The notes under the pieces are model-generated. The model was not told the origin of the DNA. It saw nothing but the letters and a program-made list of their open reading frames with translations, and searched no databases. Both the position numbers and the translations under genes were made by a program. A DNA stretch of 62,653 nucleotides, counting the filler, from Actinomycetota bacterium (lineage in GTDB: Bacteria; Actinomycetota; Acidimicrobiia; IMCC26256; VFJJ01): the NCBI GenBank assembly GCA_009886115.1. It is 3 parts of 3 records of this genome, joined end to end, with 100 filler letters (N's around TTAATTAATTAA, not from the genome) between each part and the next. Parts side by side here need not be neighbours in the genome. Positions count along the whole stretch, not along the records: positions 28,160 to 57,949 come from VFJJ01000068.1; positions 58,050 to 62,653 come from VFJJ01000169.1; 1 more part is not named here. One strand, 5' to 3'. Of this stretch, positions 51,368 to 60,821 are shown piece after piece (positions within the stretch are counted from its first letter, which is position 1; every line of letters begins with the position of its first letter).

Positions 51368-52233
51368 GTGACTCGCCCCTCGACTTCACGATCATCACCG
51401 GGCTCTCGGGGGCCGGACGGTCGACCGCGTCGAACGTGCTCGAAGACCTCGGGTACTTCGTCATCGACAACGTGCCGCCGGCGTTGATCCCCAAGGTGGC
51501 CGAGCTGGCCAAGGCCGAGGGCCAGCGTCAGACCAAGTACGCGCTCGTGGTCGACGTGCGAGCCGGACCCTTCGTCGACGATCTCCAGTCGGCGCTGGCC
51601 CAGCTCCGCGACCTCGGAGCCCGCACGCGGATCCTCTTCCTCGACGCGGCCGACGAGACGCTCGTCGCCCGGTTCGAGGCGACGCGTCGGCCTCATCCCC
51701 TGGCCGAGAACGACCTCGTCTCGTCGGGCATCTCCGAGGAGCGCCGCATCCTCGAGGAGCTCAAGGGTCAAGCCGACGTCGTCCTCGACACCTCGACCAT
51801 CAACGTGCACCAGCTCCGCGATCGGCTGCAGGAGGTCTTCGGCGACGACGCCGTCGCACGGTTGCAGACCAACGTCGTGTCCTTCGGCTACAAGCACGGG
51901 CTGCCCCGCGACGTCGACCTGGTGTTCGACTGCCGGTTCATCCCCAATCCCCATTGGGTCCCCGAGCTCAAGCCGCTCATCGGTATCGACGCCCCCGTGC
52001 GCGACTACGTGATGGCCACACCCGAGGCCCAGGAGCTGCTCGTGCAGCTCAGGAGCCTGTTGGCCTTCCTGCTCCCGGCCTATGTGAACGAGGGCAAGTC
52101 GTACGTCTCGATCGGCATCGGCTGCACCGGCGGCCGCCATCGCAGCGTGGTCATCGCCGAAGAGGTCGCCAAGATCGTGGCCGACCTCGGGTTCGCGTCC
52201 CGGGTCCATCACCGCGACAGCAGCCGTGCCTGA
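51364..52233 (+). CDS. rapZ: RNase adapter RapZ/YvcJ P-loop protein
   Basis: ITGLSGAGRS, SFGYKHG, FDCRFIPNPHW, IGCTGGRHRSV. Confidence 0.96.
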   Translation: MSDSPLDFTIITGLSGAGRSTASNVLEDLGYFVIDNVPPALIPKVAELAKAEGQRQTKYALVVDVRAGPFVDDLQSALAQLRDLGARTRILFLDAADETLVARFEATRRPHPLAENDLVSSGISEERRILEELKGQADVVLDTSTINVHQLRDRLQEVFGDDAVARLQTNVVSFGYKHGLPRDVDLVFDCRFIPNPHWVPELKPLIGIDAPVRDYVMATPEAQELLVQLRSLLAFLLPAYVNEGKSYVSIGIGCTGGRHRSVVIAEEVAKIVADLGFASRVHHRDSSRA

Positions 52234-53206
52234 CCGCGATCGCCTGCCTGCGGGCCGGCGCCGCGCCGACAGCGATTACGGGCCCTCGGTGGTTGCCCTC
52301 GGTGGCGGACACGGCTTGGCGGCCGCGCTGCAAGCCATCCGTCGGTACGCCGGGAAGATCACCGCGGTGGTCAGTGTCGCCGACGACGGCGGCTCGTCGG
52401 GGCGGCTCCGGCGGGCGCTCGACGTGCCGGCGCCGGGCGATCTCAGACGGTGCCTGGTGGCGTTGGGCGATCCCGACTCGTTATGGTGCGAGGCGTTCGA
52501 GCACCGCTTCGGTGGCGGCGAGCTCGACGGCCACGCGCTCGGCAACCTCGTGATCGTGGGGCTCGCCGAGTCGCTCGGCAGCTTCGCGGCAGCGCTCGAG
52601 GAAGCGGGGCGGCTCCTCGGCACGGTCGGACGGGTCCTGCCAGCAACCCTCGATCCGGTGATGCTGAAGGCCGACGTGGCGGGCCCGGCCGAGCAAGAGT
52701 TCGACGACGTGGTCGAGGGCCAGGTCGCGGTGATGAACGCCTCGGGTCGGATCCGGCGGGTGTCGCTCGTCCCGCACGACGCCTCGGCGCACCCCGATGC
52801 CGTGGCGGCCATCCGCAAGGCCGATCAGATCGTGCTGGCGCCCGGTTCTCTGTACACGAGCGTGATGCCGGTGGTGTGCGTCCCCGAGATCGCCGAGGCG
52901 CTGCACCAGAGCCGCGCCCGCATCGTCCAGGTCTCGAACCTGCGCCAGCAGCACCCGGAGACCGCCGGGCTCGACGGAACCGAGCACCTCCACGTCACAC
53001 TCGAGCACGGTGCCCGCATCGACACGTTGATCGCTCACGACGGCCCGGCGGCCGCCGGTTTCCTCGCCTTCGACGACGACCGGGTGCGCGCGCTCGGGGT
53101 GGAGTTGGTCCACGCCCCGTTGGCGCGGCCCGACGGCTTGGCCCACGAACCGGCTCGCTTGGCCTCGGTGCTGGCCCGCCTGATCACCGCCCCCGGGTCC
53201 ACGTAG
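52226..53206 (+). CDS. yvcK: YvcK/CuvA (UDP-GlcNAc-binding, gluconeogenesis factor)
   Basis: VALGGGHGL, VADDGGSSGRLR, GHALGNL, PGSLYTS. Confidence 0.95.
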   Translation: MPDRDRLPAGRRRADSDYGPSVVALGGGHGLAAALQAIRRYAGKITAVVSVADDGGSSGRLRRALDVPAPGDLRRCLVALGDPDSLWCEAFEHRFGGGELDGHALGNLVIVGLAESLGSFAAALEEAGRLLGTVGRVLPATLDPVMLKADVAGPAEQEFDDVVEGQVAVMNASGRIRRVSLVPHDASAHPDAVAAIRKADQIVLAPGSLYTSVMPVVCVPEIAEALHQSRARIVQVSNLRQQHPETAGLDGTEHLHVTLEHGARIDTLIAHDGPAAAGFLAFDDDRVRALGVELVHAPLARPDGLAHEPARLASVLARLITAPGST

Positions 53207-53317
53207 CCCTCCCGCCCGCGGCGGCATGCTGCGACGGGTGCCGGTGGGTCGCGCGGGTGCCCCTCGCGCTGATGCCGAGTCCCGGCGAGACGGCCGCGGT
53301 GTGGCAATCTCGGTCAG

Positions 53318-53345
53318 CACATCCCACATCCCACATCCCACATCG
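53318..53345 (+). repeat. 7-bp tandem repeat (CACATCC)x3 + CACATCG upstream of gap
   Basis: Read directly from the sequence. Confidence 0.85.
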
Positions 53346-53391
53346 CTGCGCGACCACGAGTCGCGAAGCGAGCTTCCAGGAGGATCGGTCA

Positions 53392-54426
53392 ATGACGGTT
53401 CGTGTCGGCATCAACGGATACGGGCGCATCGGGCGCTCCCTCCACCGGGCGATCCTCGCCCGCGGCGCGTCCGCCGGGATCGACCTCGTCGCCGTCAACG
53501 ACCCCTTCGGCGACAGCCACACCATGTCGTTCCTGCTCAAGCACGACTCGGTCGGTGGCCGGCTGAAGAACGAGATCAGCTACACCGATGACGGCTTCAC
53601 GGTCGACGGTCAGAAGGTCACCAAGCTCGTCGAGACCGATCCGGCCAAGATCCCGTGGGGCGCCCACGGCGTCGACGTCGTGATCGAGTCGACGGGCGTC
53701 TTCACCGCTCGCGACGCAGCAGCCGGGCACCTCGTCGGGGGCGCCAAGAAAGTGGTCATCTCGGCTCCGGCCGGTGACGCCGACATCACGATCTGCTTGG
53801 GCATCAACGACCAGAGCTATGACCCCGCAGCCCACGACGTGATCTCGAACGCCTCGTGCACGACGAACTGCTTGGCGCCCTTGGCCAAGGTGCTCAACGA
53901 CAGCTTCGGAATCGAGCATGGCTTCATCACCACGGTCCACGCCTACACGTCCGACCAGGCCCTCCAGGACGTGGCCAAGGCCACCCGATCGGGCAAGCCC
54001 GACCTGCGCCGCATGCGCGCCGCTGCCCTGTCGATCATCCCCTCCTCGACGGGCGCCGCCAAGGCCATCGGGCTGGTGCTGCCCGAGCTCAAGGGGCGCC
54101 TCGACGGTCTGGCCCTGCGGGTGCCCACCCCTACGGGCTCGATCACCGACCTGGTCGCCGTCGTGAAGAACGACGCCTCCAAGGAGGCCATCAACGAGGC
54201 GTTCGCGGCCGCGGCGTCTGCCGCCTCGTACCGGGGCGTGCTCGAGTACAGCGCCGAAGACCTGGTGTCGGCCGACATCGTGGGCAACCCGTCGTCGTGC
54301 ATCTTCTCGTCGGTCGACACGATGGCCAACGGGCGCATGGTGAAGGTGCTGGGCTGGTACGACAACGAGTGGGGCTACTCGAACCGTCTCGTCGACGTCG
54401 TCGACTTCGTCATCGACCCCAAGTAA
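53392..54426 (+). CDS. gap: Type I glyceraldehyde-3-phosphate dehydrogenase
   Basis: GINGYGRIGR, SNASCTTNCLAP, RVPTP, WYDNEWGYS. AGGAGG RBS. Confidence 0.98.
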   Translation: MTVRVGINGYGRIGRSLHRAILARGASAGIDLVAVNDPFGDSHTMSFLLKHDSVGGRLKNEISYTDDGFTVDGQKVTKLVETDPAKIPWGAHGVDVVIESTGVFTARDAAAGHLVGGAKKVVISAPAGDADITICLGINDQSYDPAAHDVISNASCTTNCLAPLAKVLNDSFGIEHGFITTVHAYTSDQALQDVAKATRSGKPDLRRMRAAALSIIPSSTGAAKAIGLVLPELKGRLDGLALRVPTPTGSITDLVAVVKNDASKEAINEAFAAAASAASYRGVLEYSAEDLVSADIVGNPSSCIFSSVDTMANGRMVKVLGWYDNEWGYSNRLVDVVDFVIDPK

Positions 54427-54442
54427 CGACGGACCGTCTGCC

Positions 54443-55666
54443 ATGAACGCCTCGGTCCGCGTCCCGCAGCTCGAGGACCTCCCGATCCGGGCCGGGACCC
54501 GGGTGCTCGTACGCGCCGATTTCAACGTCCCCCTGGCCGAGGCGGCAGCCGGTGGCGGTGATCGCGAGATCACTGACGATCTGCGCATCCGTTCGGCCCT
54601 GCCGACCATCGAATGGCTGCGCGAGCAGGGCGCGTCGGTCATCCTCTGCTCGCATCTCGGCCGGCCCAAGGGCGCGCCCGAGCCGAAGTCGTCGTTGGCG
54701 CCGGTGGCCGACCGACTGTCCGACCTGCTCGGTGGCGTGTACGTCCCGCTGGGTCCGGACACCGTCGTCGGTCCCGCGGCGCTGGCCCTGGCGGAAGGTC
54801 TGGCCTCGGCCGAGGTGATGCTGCTCGAGAACCTGCGCTGGCACGCCGGCGAGGAAGCCGACGACCCGGCGTTCGTGGCCGATCTGGTCGCGCTGGTCGG
54901 CGACGGCGGCTGCTACGTGAACGACGCGTTCGGGGCGGCCCATCGGTCGCACGCCTCGATCGTCGGGCCGCCGTCACTGGTGCCGAGCGCGGCGGGGCGT
55001 CTCTTGGGCCGCGAGGTCGAGGTGCTCTCCACGGTCCTGCACGGAGCGCGGCACCCGTTCGTGGGCGTGCTCGGCGGCTCGAAGGTGAGCGACAAGCTGG
55101 GCGTCATCGACGCCCTGCTCGAGCGGTGCGACACCATCCTCATCGGTGGCGCCATGTGCTTCACGTTCCTGCTCGCCCAGGGCTACGAGGTCGGGAAGTC
55201 GTTGTGCGAGCCCGACCGGGTCGACGAGTGCCGGCGCCTGCTCGCCACCGGGCGGGTCAAGATCCCCACCGATGTGGTCGTGGCCTACGAGATGACCGCC
55301 ACCGCCGAGACCATGATGGTCGGGAGCCGATCGATTCCCGCTGGTGCCATGGGCCTCGACATCGGTCCGGGTACCGCGTCGGTCTACTCCGACATCGTCG
55401 AGGAAGCCGCGACCGTCTTCTGGAACGGGCCCATGGGCGTGTTCGAGCTGGCCCCGTTCGAGGCCGGGACCCGGGCCGTCGCCGAAGCCGTCGCCGTCTC
55501 CAAGGGCTTCACGATCGTCGGCGGGGGAGACTCCGCCGCCGCCTTGGCCCAGTTCGGCCTGGCCGACCGGGTCGACCACATCTCCACCGGCGGTGGCGCA
55601 TCGCTCGAGTACCTCGAGCGCGGCGACCTCCCGGGCCTCGCGGCACTCCGGCGCTCGGGTGAGTAG
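54443..55666 (+). CDS. pgk: Phosphoglycerate kinase
   Basis: RADFNVP, SHLGRPKG, NDAFGAAHR, WNGPMGVFE, STGGGASLE. Confidence 0.98.
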   Translation: MNASVRVPQLEDLPIRAGTRVLVRADFNVPLAEAAAGGGDREITDDLRIRSALPTIEWLREQGASVILCSHLGRPKGAPEPKSSLAPVADRLSDLLGGVYVPLGPDTVVGPAALALAEGLASAEVMLLENLRWHAGEEADDPAFVADLVALVGDGGCYVNDAFGAAHRSHASIVGPPSLVPSAAGRLLGREVEVLSTVLHGARHPFVGVLGGSKVSDKLGVIDALLERCDTILIGGAMCFTFLLAQGYEVGKSLCEPDRVDECRRLLATGRVKIPTDVVVAYEMTATAETMMVGSRSIPAGAMGLDIGPGTASVYSDIVEEAATVFWNGPMGVFELAPFEAGTRAVAEAVAVSKGFTIVGGGDSAAALAQFGLADRVDHISTGGGASLEYLERGDLPGLAALRRSGE

Positions 55667-55675
55667 CGTGCGTGT

Positions 55676-55795
55676 ATGAAGGTCGACCCGGTCAACAAGC
55701 CCACGTACTGGTCACTTCCCAAGCGCGACCGCGACCACATCGACAGGTTGCTGGCCCAGTTTCGCTTGACACTCGAGTTCCTCCGCGACAATTGA
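55676..55795 (+). CDS. 39-aa small protein, candidate minimal antitoxin for the downstream Fic/Doc protein
   Basis: MKVDPVNKPTYWSLPKRDRDHIDRLLAQFRLTLEFLRDN*. ATG lies 6 nt after -10 TAGCGT, and its TGA overlaps the TTG start of the next gene. Below the ORF-track cutoff. Confidence 0.6.
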   Translation: MKVDPVNKPTYWSLPKRDRDHIDRLLAQFRLTLEFLRDN

Positions 55796-56184
55796 TCCTG
55801 CCGTCGCTCGCGCTTGCCGTTTCGCTCAACGAGGCGGTCCGCGATGAGGAAGAGGCGCGTGAGCCCGGAGACGACGACGACCTCGATCGTGTCGCCGGGG
55901 CCCTCGATCGAATCAGCGAGCTCGACGACCCGGTCGAGGCCGCGGCCCGGCTGATCTTTCATGTCACGTTCGCTCACGGCTTCTTCGAAGGCGACAAGCG
56001 AACGGCGTTGCTTCTGGGGGCCTGGATGTTGGACGCAAACACCGTAGGGGGTGCGGTGGCGTTGATGCGCGAGCCTGACGATGAGCTCGGTCATCTCCGC
56101 CGCCGAGCGGCGCGCGGTGTCGATGTCGAGTCCGAGATGGTGAGGTTGCTCCGATCACGAATCCCAACGGGGGACACAGAATGA
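55792..56184 (+). CDS. Fic/Doc-family protein with variant motif
   Basis: AAARLIFHVTFAHGFFEGDKRTALL versus the Doc consensus HxFx(D/E)GNKR. About 130 aa from TTG 55792. Confidence 0.78.
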   Translation: MILPSLALAVSLNEAVRDEEEAREPGDDDDLDRVAGALDRISELDDPVEAAARLIFHVTFAHGFFEGDKRTALLLGAWMLDANTVGGAVALMREPDDELGHLRRRAARGVDVESEMVRLLRSRIPTGDTE

Positions 56185-56960
56185 AGGTCACTGCTCGTAA
56201 GCCGGTCATCGCCGGGAACTGGAAGTGCTTCCACACGCACCTCACGGCCATTCAGGTCGTGCAGAAGCTGTCGTACCAGCTCGACCCGAGCGACTACGAC
56301 GCCACCGAGGTCGTGGTGTGTCCGGCCTTCACGGCGTTGCGCTCGGTGCAAACGACGATCGAGTCCGACCGGATGCACATCAGGCTCGGCGCGCAGAACG
56401 TCTACTGGGAGCCCGACGGGGCCTTCACCGGCGAGATCAGCGCGCCGATGCTGGCCAAGCTCAACGTGAGCTACGTGATCGTCGGGCACTCCGAGCGGCG
56501 CCAGCTCTTCGGCGAGACCGACGAGTGGGTGAACCGCAAGGCCAAGGCCGTGCTGGCCAACGGGATGATCCCGATCCTGTGCTGCGGCGAGACGCTCGAG
56601 CAGCGTGAGGCCGGCGAGACCGCGTCGTGGGTGGCCGGTCAGATCGCGGCCGGGTGGCAGGGCGTCGACCCGGCCGACATCGCCCGCAGCGTCATCGCCT
56701 ACGAGCCCATCTGGGCCATCGGCACCGGCCGCAACGCCACGCCCGATGACGCCAACGAGACCATCGGGTCCATCAGGGCCGCCGTGGCCGAGGCCTACGG
56801 GGAGCCCACCGCCAGCGCCGTGCGCATCCAGTACGGCGGATCGGTCAAGCCCGGCAACATCGCCGACCTCATGGCCCAGCCCGAGATCGACGGTGCCCTG
56901 GTGGGTGGAGCATCGCTCGACCCCGACGACTTCTCCAAGATCGTCCGCTACCGGCACTGA
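56181..56960 (+). CDS. tpiA: Triosephosphate isomerase
   Basis: IAGNWK, GHSERR, AYEPIWAIGTG, QYGGSVKP, LVGGASL. Confidence 0.98.
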   Translation: MKVTARKPVIAGNWKCFHTHLTAIQVVQKLSYQLDPSDYDATEVVVCPAFTALRSVQTTIESDRMHIRLGAQNVYWEPDGAFTGEISAPMLAKLNVSYVIVGHSERRQLFGETDEWVNRKAKAVLANGMIPILCCGETLEQREAGETASWVAGQIAAGWQGVDPADIARSVIAYEPIWAIGTGRNATPDDANETIGSIRAAVAEAYGEPTASAVRIQYGGSVKPGNIADLMAQPEIDGALVGGASLDPDDFSKIVRYRH

Positions 56961-57109
56961 ATCTCGGCGTGATCGAGACCGAGCGGACGGGCCGGGGCGC
57001 CGAAACCGTCCGTGAGAGCGTTACGCTGGGACCGGCTCCCCGGAGCTTGCAGCTTGCCGCGAATCACCATATCGTTACCGTCCAGTAACTTCTGAGAGGC
57101 ATTGACGCC

Positions 57110-57340
57110 GTGATCAACGCGTTGCTCATCGTCATCGATCTCATCGCTGCGCTCCTCCTGATCCTTACGATCCTGCTTCACGCGGGTCGCGGGGGCGGGC
57201 TGTCCGACATGTTCGGGGGGCCGGGTGGAGGCTCGATGGGCGGGTCGACGGTGGTCGAGAAGAACCTCGATCGAATCACCGTGCTCATGGCCCTCGTCTT
57301 CTTCTTCACGACCGTCGTGCTGGGGTTGCGACTCGATTGA
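57110..57340 (+). CDS. secG: Preprotein translocase subunit SecG
   Basis: ILLHAGRGGGLSDMFGG...EKNLDRIT; conserved position after tpiA. Confidence 0.95.
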   Translation: MINALLIVIDLIAALLLILTILLHAGRGGGLSDMFGGPGGGSMGGSTVVEKNLDRITVLMALVFFFTTVVLGLRLD

Positions 57341-57434
57341 CGTTGGTTAGACGCAAGCAGCCATCGGGGGGTGGGCGAGCGGTCATCCCCCGGACGTCGG
57401 TGCTGCCATCAAACACGAACCCAAGGGGGATCAC

Positions 57435-57949
57435 ATGAAGAAGCACACCCGGCCCCTGTGGCGGCTCATCGCCGTCGCATCGGCGCTCCTGATGATCGCC
57501 GCCGCGTGCGGCGACGATGACGACGACACGAGCGCCGAGACCTCGGCTCCTGCTGGCGAGACCTCGGCTCCTGCTGGCGAGACCTCGGCAGCAACGGGCG
57601 ACACGACGCCGACCTCGGAGACACCCGTCACCGAGGCTCCGGCCGCCGCACCCGAGGGTGAGCTGATCCTGGGGGCCGAGCAGTGGCCCGAGTGCCTCAA
57701 CCCGGTCACGCAGTGCTTCACGTCATCGTGGATGCACTGGGCGACCATCGAGCACGTCCTGCCCCGGCTCATGGAGCTCGACCCGGGCAGCAACCACGTT
57801 CCCTCGCCGCTGCTGGCGGGCGAGCCGGTCCTCGCCGGCGAAGGTGCCGAGGAGGGTTCGACCGATCCGTTCACCATCACCTACGCCCTGAACCCGGCCG
57901 CGGTGTGGAACGACGGAACGCCGATCACCTGCGCCGACGTCGAGTTCAC
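57435..57949 (+). CDS. ABC transporter substrate-binding lipoprotein (family 5), truncated by gap
   Basis: Lipobox IAAACG, ETSAPAG repeat linker, ITYALNPAAVWNDGTPITCADVEF. Confidence 0.88.
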
Positions 57950-58049
57950 NNNNNNNNNNNNNNNNNNNNNNNNNNNNNNNNNNNNNNNNNNNNTTAATTA
58001 ATTAANNNNNNNNNNNNNNNNNNNNNNNNNNNNNNNNNNNNNNNNNNNN
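57950..58049. other. Artificial contig-join spacer
   Basis: N run with a central TTAATTAATTAA. Confidence 0.98.
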
Positions 58050-58735
58050 CTGTCGCCGATCGTACCGATCGAGGGGGCAGCGCCGATCTCGTCGAGACGG
58101 TCGGTGTAGGCGATCGAGGTGTACTGGGCGCCGGCATCGTTGTGGCACACGACACCATCGATGCTCACTCCGCGGCGGGTCCAGGCGGCCATGTTCAACG
58201 CGTCGAGCACGAGGCTGGTCGCCATCGACCGGGCCGCTTTCCAGCCGACGATCCGGCGGGAGAACACATCGATCACGAACGCGACATACACGATCCCCGA
58301 CCAGGTCGAGCAGTACGTGAAATCCGCTACCCACAAGGCGTCGGGGCGGGACGCCCTGAACTGACGCTTCACCAGGTCCGGGGCCCGCAGCGCGGCCGGG
58401 TCGGCCTTGGTCGTGAACCGCTTCTTCGCTCGGGTCGCGCCCCGGATCCCCTCCAGGCGCATCAGACGAGCCACCTGATCCCGGCCGACGTCCCAGCCGG
58501 CCCGACGGGCAGCCTTCCAGAGCTTGCGGCGGCCGTACACCGAGTAGTTCCGCTTCCACAACGCCCGGAGCTTCGGTCGCAACTCGGCGTCACGCTCCGC
58601 ACGAGCCGACAATGGCCGGGACTTGGCCGAGTAGAAGCTGGAAGGGGCGATCTCCAACGCCTGGCAGATCGGCTCGACCCCCCACCGCAGCCCACCGGAC
58701 ACACGCGTCCGGTGGGCGTCGATGAACGCGACTAC
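58050..58735 (-). CDS. IS3 transposase OrfB (DDE integrase core, partial)
   Basis: GVEPIC, VYGRRKLW, LWVADFTY, IDVFSRRIVGW, HNDAGAQYTS. Confidence 0.92.
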
Positions 58736-59070
58736 CTCCTCGGTCGACCGTCGAGCTCGGTCGCGAAGAAAATCGATGCTGCCTTGAGAATGTCGTTCGC
58801 ACGCCGCAGCTCACGCACCTCACGTTCCAGCTCAGCGATCCGTTGCGCATCCACGCTCGACGTGCCCGCCCGTCGTCCAGAATCGACCTCGGCCTGGTTC
58901 ACCCAGCCCCGCAACGACTCCGCGCCGACACCGAGCTCACGAGCCACCCGCGTCACCACGCCGGTCCGTTCACCCGTCTCACGACGGATCTCCAACACCA
59001 TCCGGACCGCACGCTCACGCAACTCATCCGGATACTTCTGCGGCCTACGCCGTACTCCACTGATTGTCAT
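58732..59070 (-). CDS. IS3 transposase OrfA
   Basis: KYPDELRERAVRMV..LRRANDILKAASIFFATELD. Candidate TTTTC slippery site at about 58768-58772. Confidence 0.92.
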   Translation of the reverse strand: MTISGVRRRPQKYPDELRERAVRMVLEIRRETGERTGVVTRVARELGVGAESLRGWVNQAEVDSGRRAGTSSVDAQRIAELEREVRELRRANDILKAASIFFATELDGRPRR

Positions 59071-59125
59071 GCTCCATCCTCGCTTCCAAGGGTAGGAGCC
59101 TCCGCGGATCCCAGGCCGGTTCAAC

Positions 59126-59275
59126 CTACCCCAAACAGAGAAAAGTATCCCCCAGCGACCCACAACCAATATCTCCCGAAGAATCGGGGTTAAAGGCCAC
59201 CGGGGCGTCGGGGATCACCGTCGTGAGTTGGTGGATGCCAGGGGCGACCTCGGTCACCCTCGTCTGCGTGTCCAT
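59126..59275 (-). pseudogene. Truncated N-terminus of a probable MBL-fold/flavodiiron-like hydrolase
   Basis: MDTQTRVTEVAPGIHQLTTVIPDAPVAFN is coupled (TGATG) to the upstream gene, then switches abruptly to unrelated, lower-GC sequence at about 59189. Confidence 0.6.
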
Positions 59276-60048
59276 CAGAACGGCACCTCCGTAGCGAGAA
59301 GACCGGTGCGAGGCTGCGCGTCGGCCGGCGGGCGACCAGAGAGTGTCCGGCACATCTCGATGGCGTCGATGGTGACGTGCTCGCCGCTGCCGTCACCGGC
59401 GATGAAGTCGCCGCCGGCGGGGCCGGTGAGGGTGAGCGTGAACGGCTGGTCGTAGCGGCGGGCCAGCTCGGCGACGACGTCGGCGACGATGCGGCCGTCG
59501 TGCTCGGCGCTGAGTTCGAGGTCGCGACCCGTCGCGCGGGCGATGTCGATGCGGTGCATCCACGGGTCGCGCGTGAGGATCGTGTCGAGCAAGTACGCCA
59601 TTCGCCACGTCTCGGCCCTGCCGCCCACCTGCTCCTTCATCGGCATCTTGCGCAACAGCCACGGCGCTTTGGCCCGCCAGCGGGCGGAGCGCGGGCCGAT
59701 CTCGTCGACGCGGGTGATCAAGTCGTCGGTCGACAAGTCGGCGTGATCGGCGACCTGCTTGGCCGTCAGTGCATCGATCATCGGACCGCCATCGCGTTTC
59801 GACGTCTTGGTGGCGGTGCCCATCGCCCCGAACAGCCGGCGGAAGCCGGTGAAGGTCGCCATCATGCCCAGGTTGTGGCCGGCGACGGCTCGGACGTGCC
59901 ATAGCGGGCAGTCCGTGGGTTTGGCCCACTCGTCAGGTGCCAGCGACCGCAACTGCGACGCCATGCGCGCGTACTCCGTGCGCGCCAGGCTCTCGGTGTC
60001 GGAACGGGTGATCGGTTGGATGGTGTCGACTGGTTGTGCAGTCATCAT
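59275..60048 (-). CDS. Maleylpyruvate-isomerase-family mycothiol-dependent (DinB-superfamily) enzyme
   Basis: WAKPTDCPLWHVRAVAGH, TRDPWMHRIDIARATG, LTLTGPAGG. Confidence 0.88.
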   Translation of the reverse strand: MMTAQPVDTIQPITRSDTESLARTEYARMASQLRSLAPDEWAKPTDCPLWHVRAVAGHNLGMMATFTGFRRLFGAMGTATKTSKRDGGPMIDALTAKQVADHADLSTDDLITRVDEIGPRSARWRAKAPWLLRKMPMKEQVGGRAETWRMAYLLDTILTRDPWMHRIDIARATGRDLELSAEHDGRIVADVVAELARRYDQPFTLTLTGPAGGDFIAGDGSGEHVTIDAIEMCRTLSGRPPADAQPRTGLLATEVPF

Positions 60049-60662
60049 CGTGCTCTTCTCCTTGCGGGCGGTTGCTTCGCCTTCTTGGTCATGTAGTCGT
60101 GGAACATCTCGACCGCGTCGTCGATCAAGCGGATCCAGCGGTCGCCACCGGGGTCGTTGGAGAGTTGCTGGTCGGTCAGGCCGGTGCCGATGGCGGTGAA
60201 CAGGTCCACCGCGTCGGGATCGGTGATGCCGCACGCCGCCATTCGTTGGCCGACCCGTTCGAGGCTGCCCTCGGAGATCGCGAACGACTCCGCCGACGGC
60301 TCGAAGCCGGGGATCGTCCGCTGGAACAGCAACAGGTAGCGAGCCGCGTCGGCTGCGCAGAACCCGACGTAGAAGCGGACCAGCTGCTTGAGGCCCTCCA
60401 GCGGGTCGCCTGGCTGGTCCGAGGGCTCGGCCTCGACGAACTGTCGCGCACCCTGCGCATACATCGCGTCGTAGATCGCATGCTTCGAGTCGAAGTAGCT
60501 GTAGAGCGAGGGCGCCTGCATCCCGACCGTCCGAGCCAGGTCACGCAACGACAGCGCAGCAAGCCCGTTGGCACGCACCTGCGCCCAGGCGGCATCGAGG
60601 ATCTCCGCCCTCGTCGCCGCCCGGCGCTCCGCTCGCCTATCCCTCTTAGGGATATCTAACAT
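60045..60662 (-). CDS. TetR/AcrR-family transcriptional regulator
   Basis: ILDAAW..GLAALSLRDLARTVGMQAPSLYSYFDSK. Confidence 0.93.
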   Translation of the reverse strand: MLDIPKRDRRAERRAATRAEILDAAWAQVRANGLAALSLRDLARTVGMQAPSLYSYFDSKHAIYDAMYAQGARQFVEAEPSDQPGDPLEGLKQLVRFYVGFCAADAARYLLLFQRTIPGFEPSAESFAISEGSLERVGQRMAACGITDPDAVDLFTAIGTGLTDQQLSNDPGGDRWIRLIDDAVEMFHDYMTKKAKQPPARRRAR

Positions 60663-60679
60663 AATTAGGATATTAGAAC
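60645..60679 (-). promoter_or_regulatory. AT-rich TetR operator/leaderless promoter overlapping the start codon
   Basis: TTAG-N6-CTAA and TCTAA...TTAGA dyads; -10 TAATAT lies 7 nt upstream of the ATG. Confidence 0.6.
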
Positions 60680-60821
60680 TTCAATCGCCTTCAGTCAAGC
60701 GACCTCGTCGTGCTCCCAGGCGGACTCGGAAGCGAGTCGGGTGCGGCTGACGGAGTCGAGCGTGCGGAAGATGTGAGGTGGGCTCGACGGTGCGACGCCA
60801 CACGTACACACGAGCCACGCA

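Larger units (their letters stand above)
58050..59123 (-). mobile_element. IS3-family insertion sequence (IS6110/IS51-like), right end lost in gap
   Basis: Left end TGAACCGGCCTGGGATCCGCGGAGGCTC at 59123 resembles the IS6110 terminal repeat. orfA/orfB are in a -1 relationship. Confidence 0.93.

Noticed and set aside
55672..55791. N-terminal 40 aa of the 170-aa ORF in the track
   Set aside because: Low-information sequence. A coupled 39-aa ORF in another frame plus a TTG start at 55792 explains the region better.
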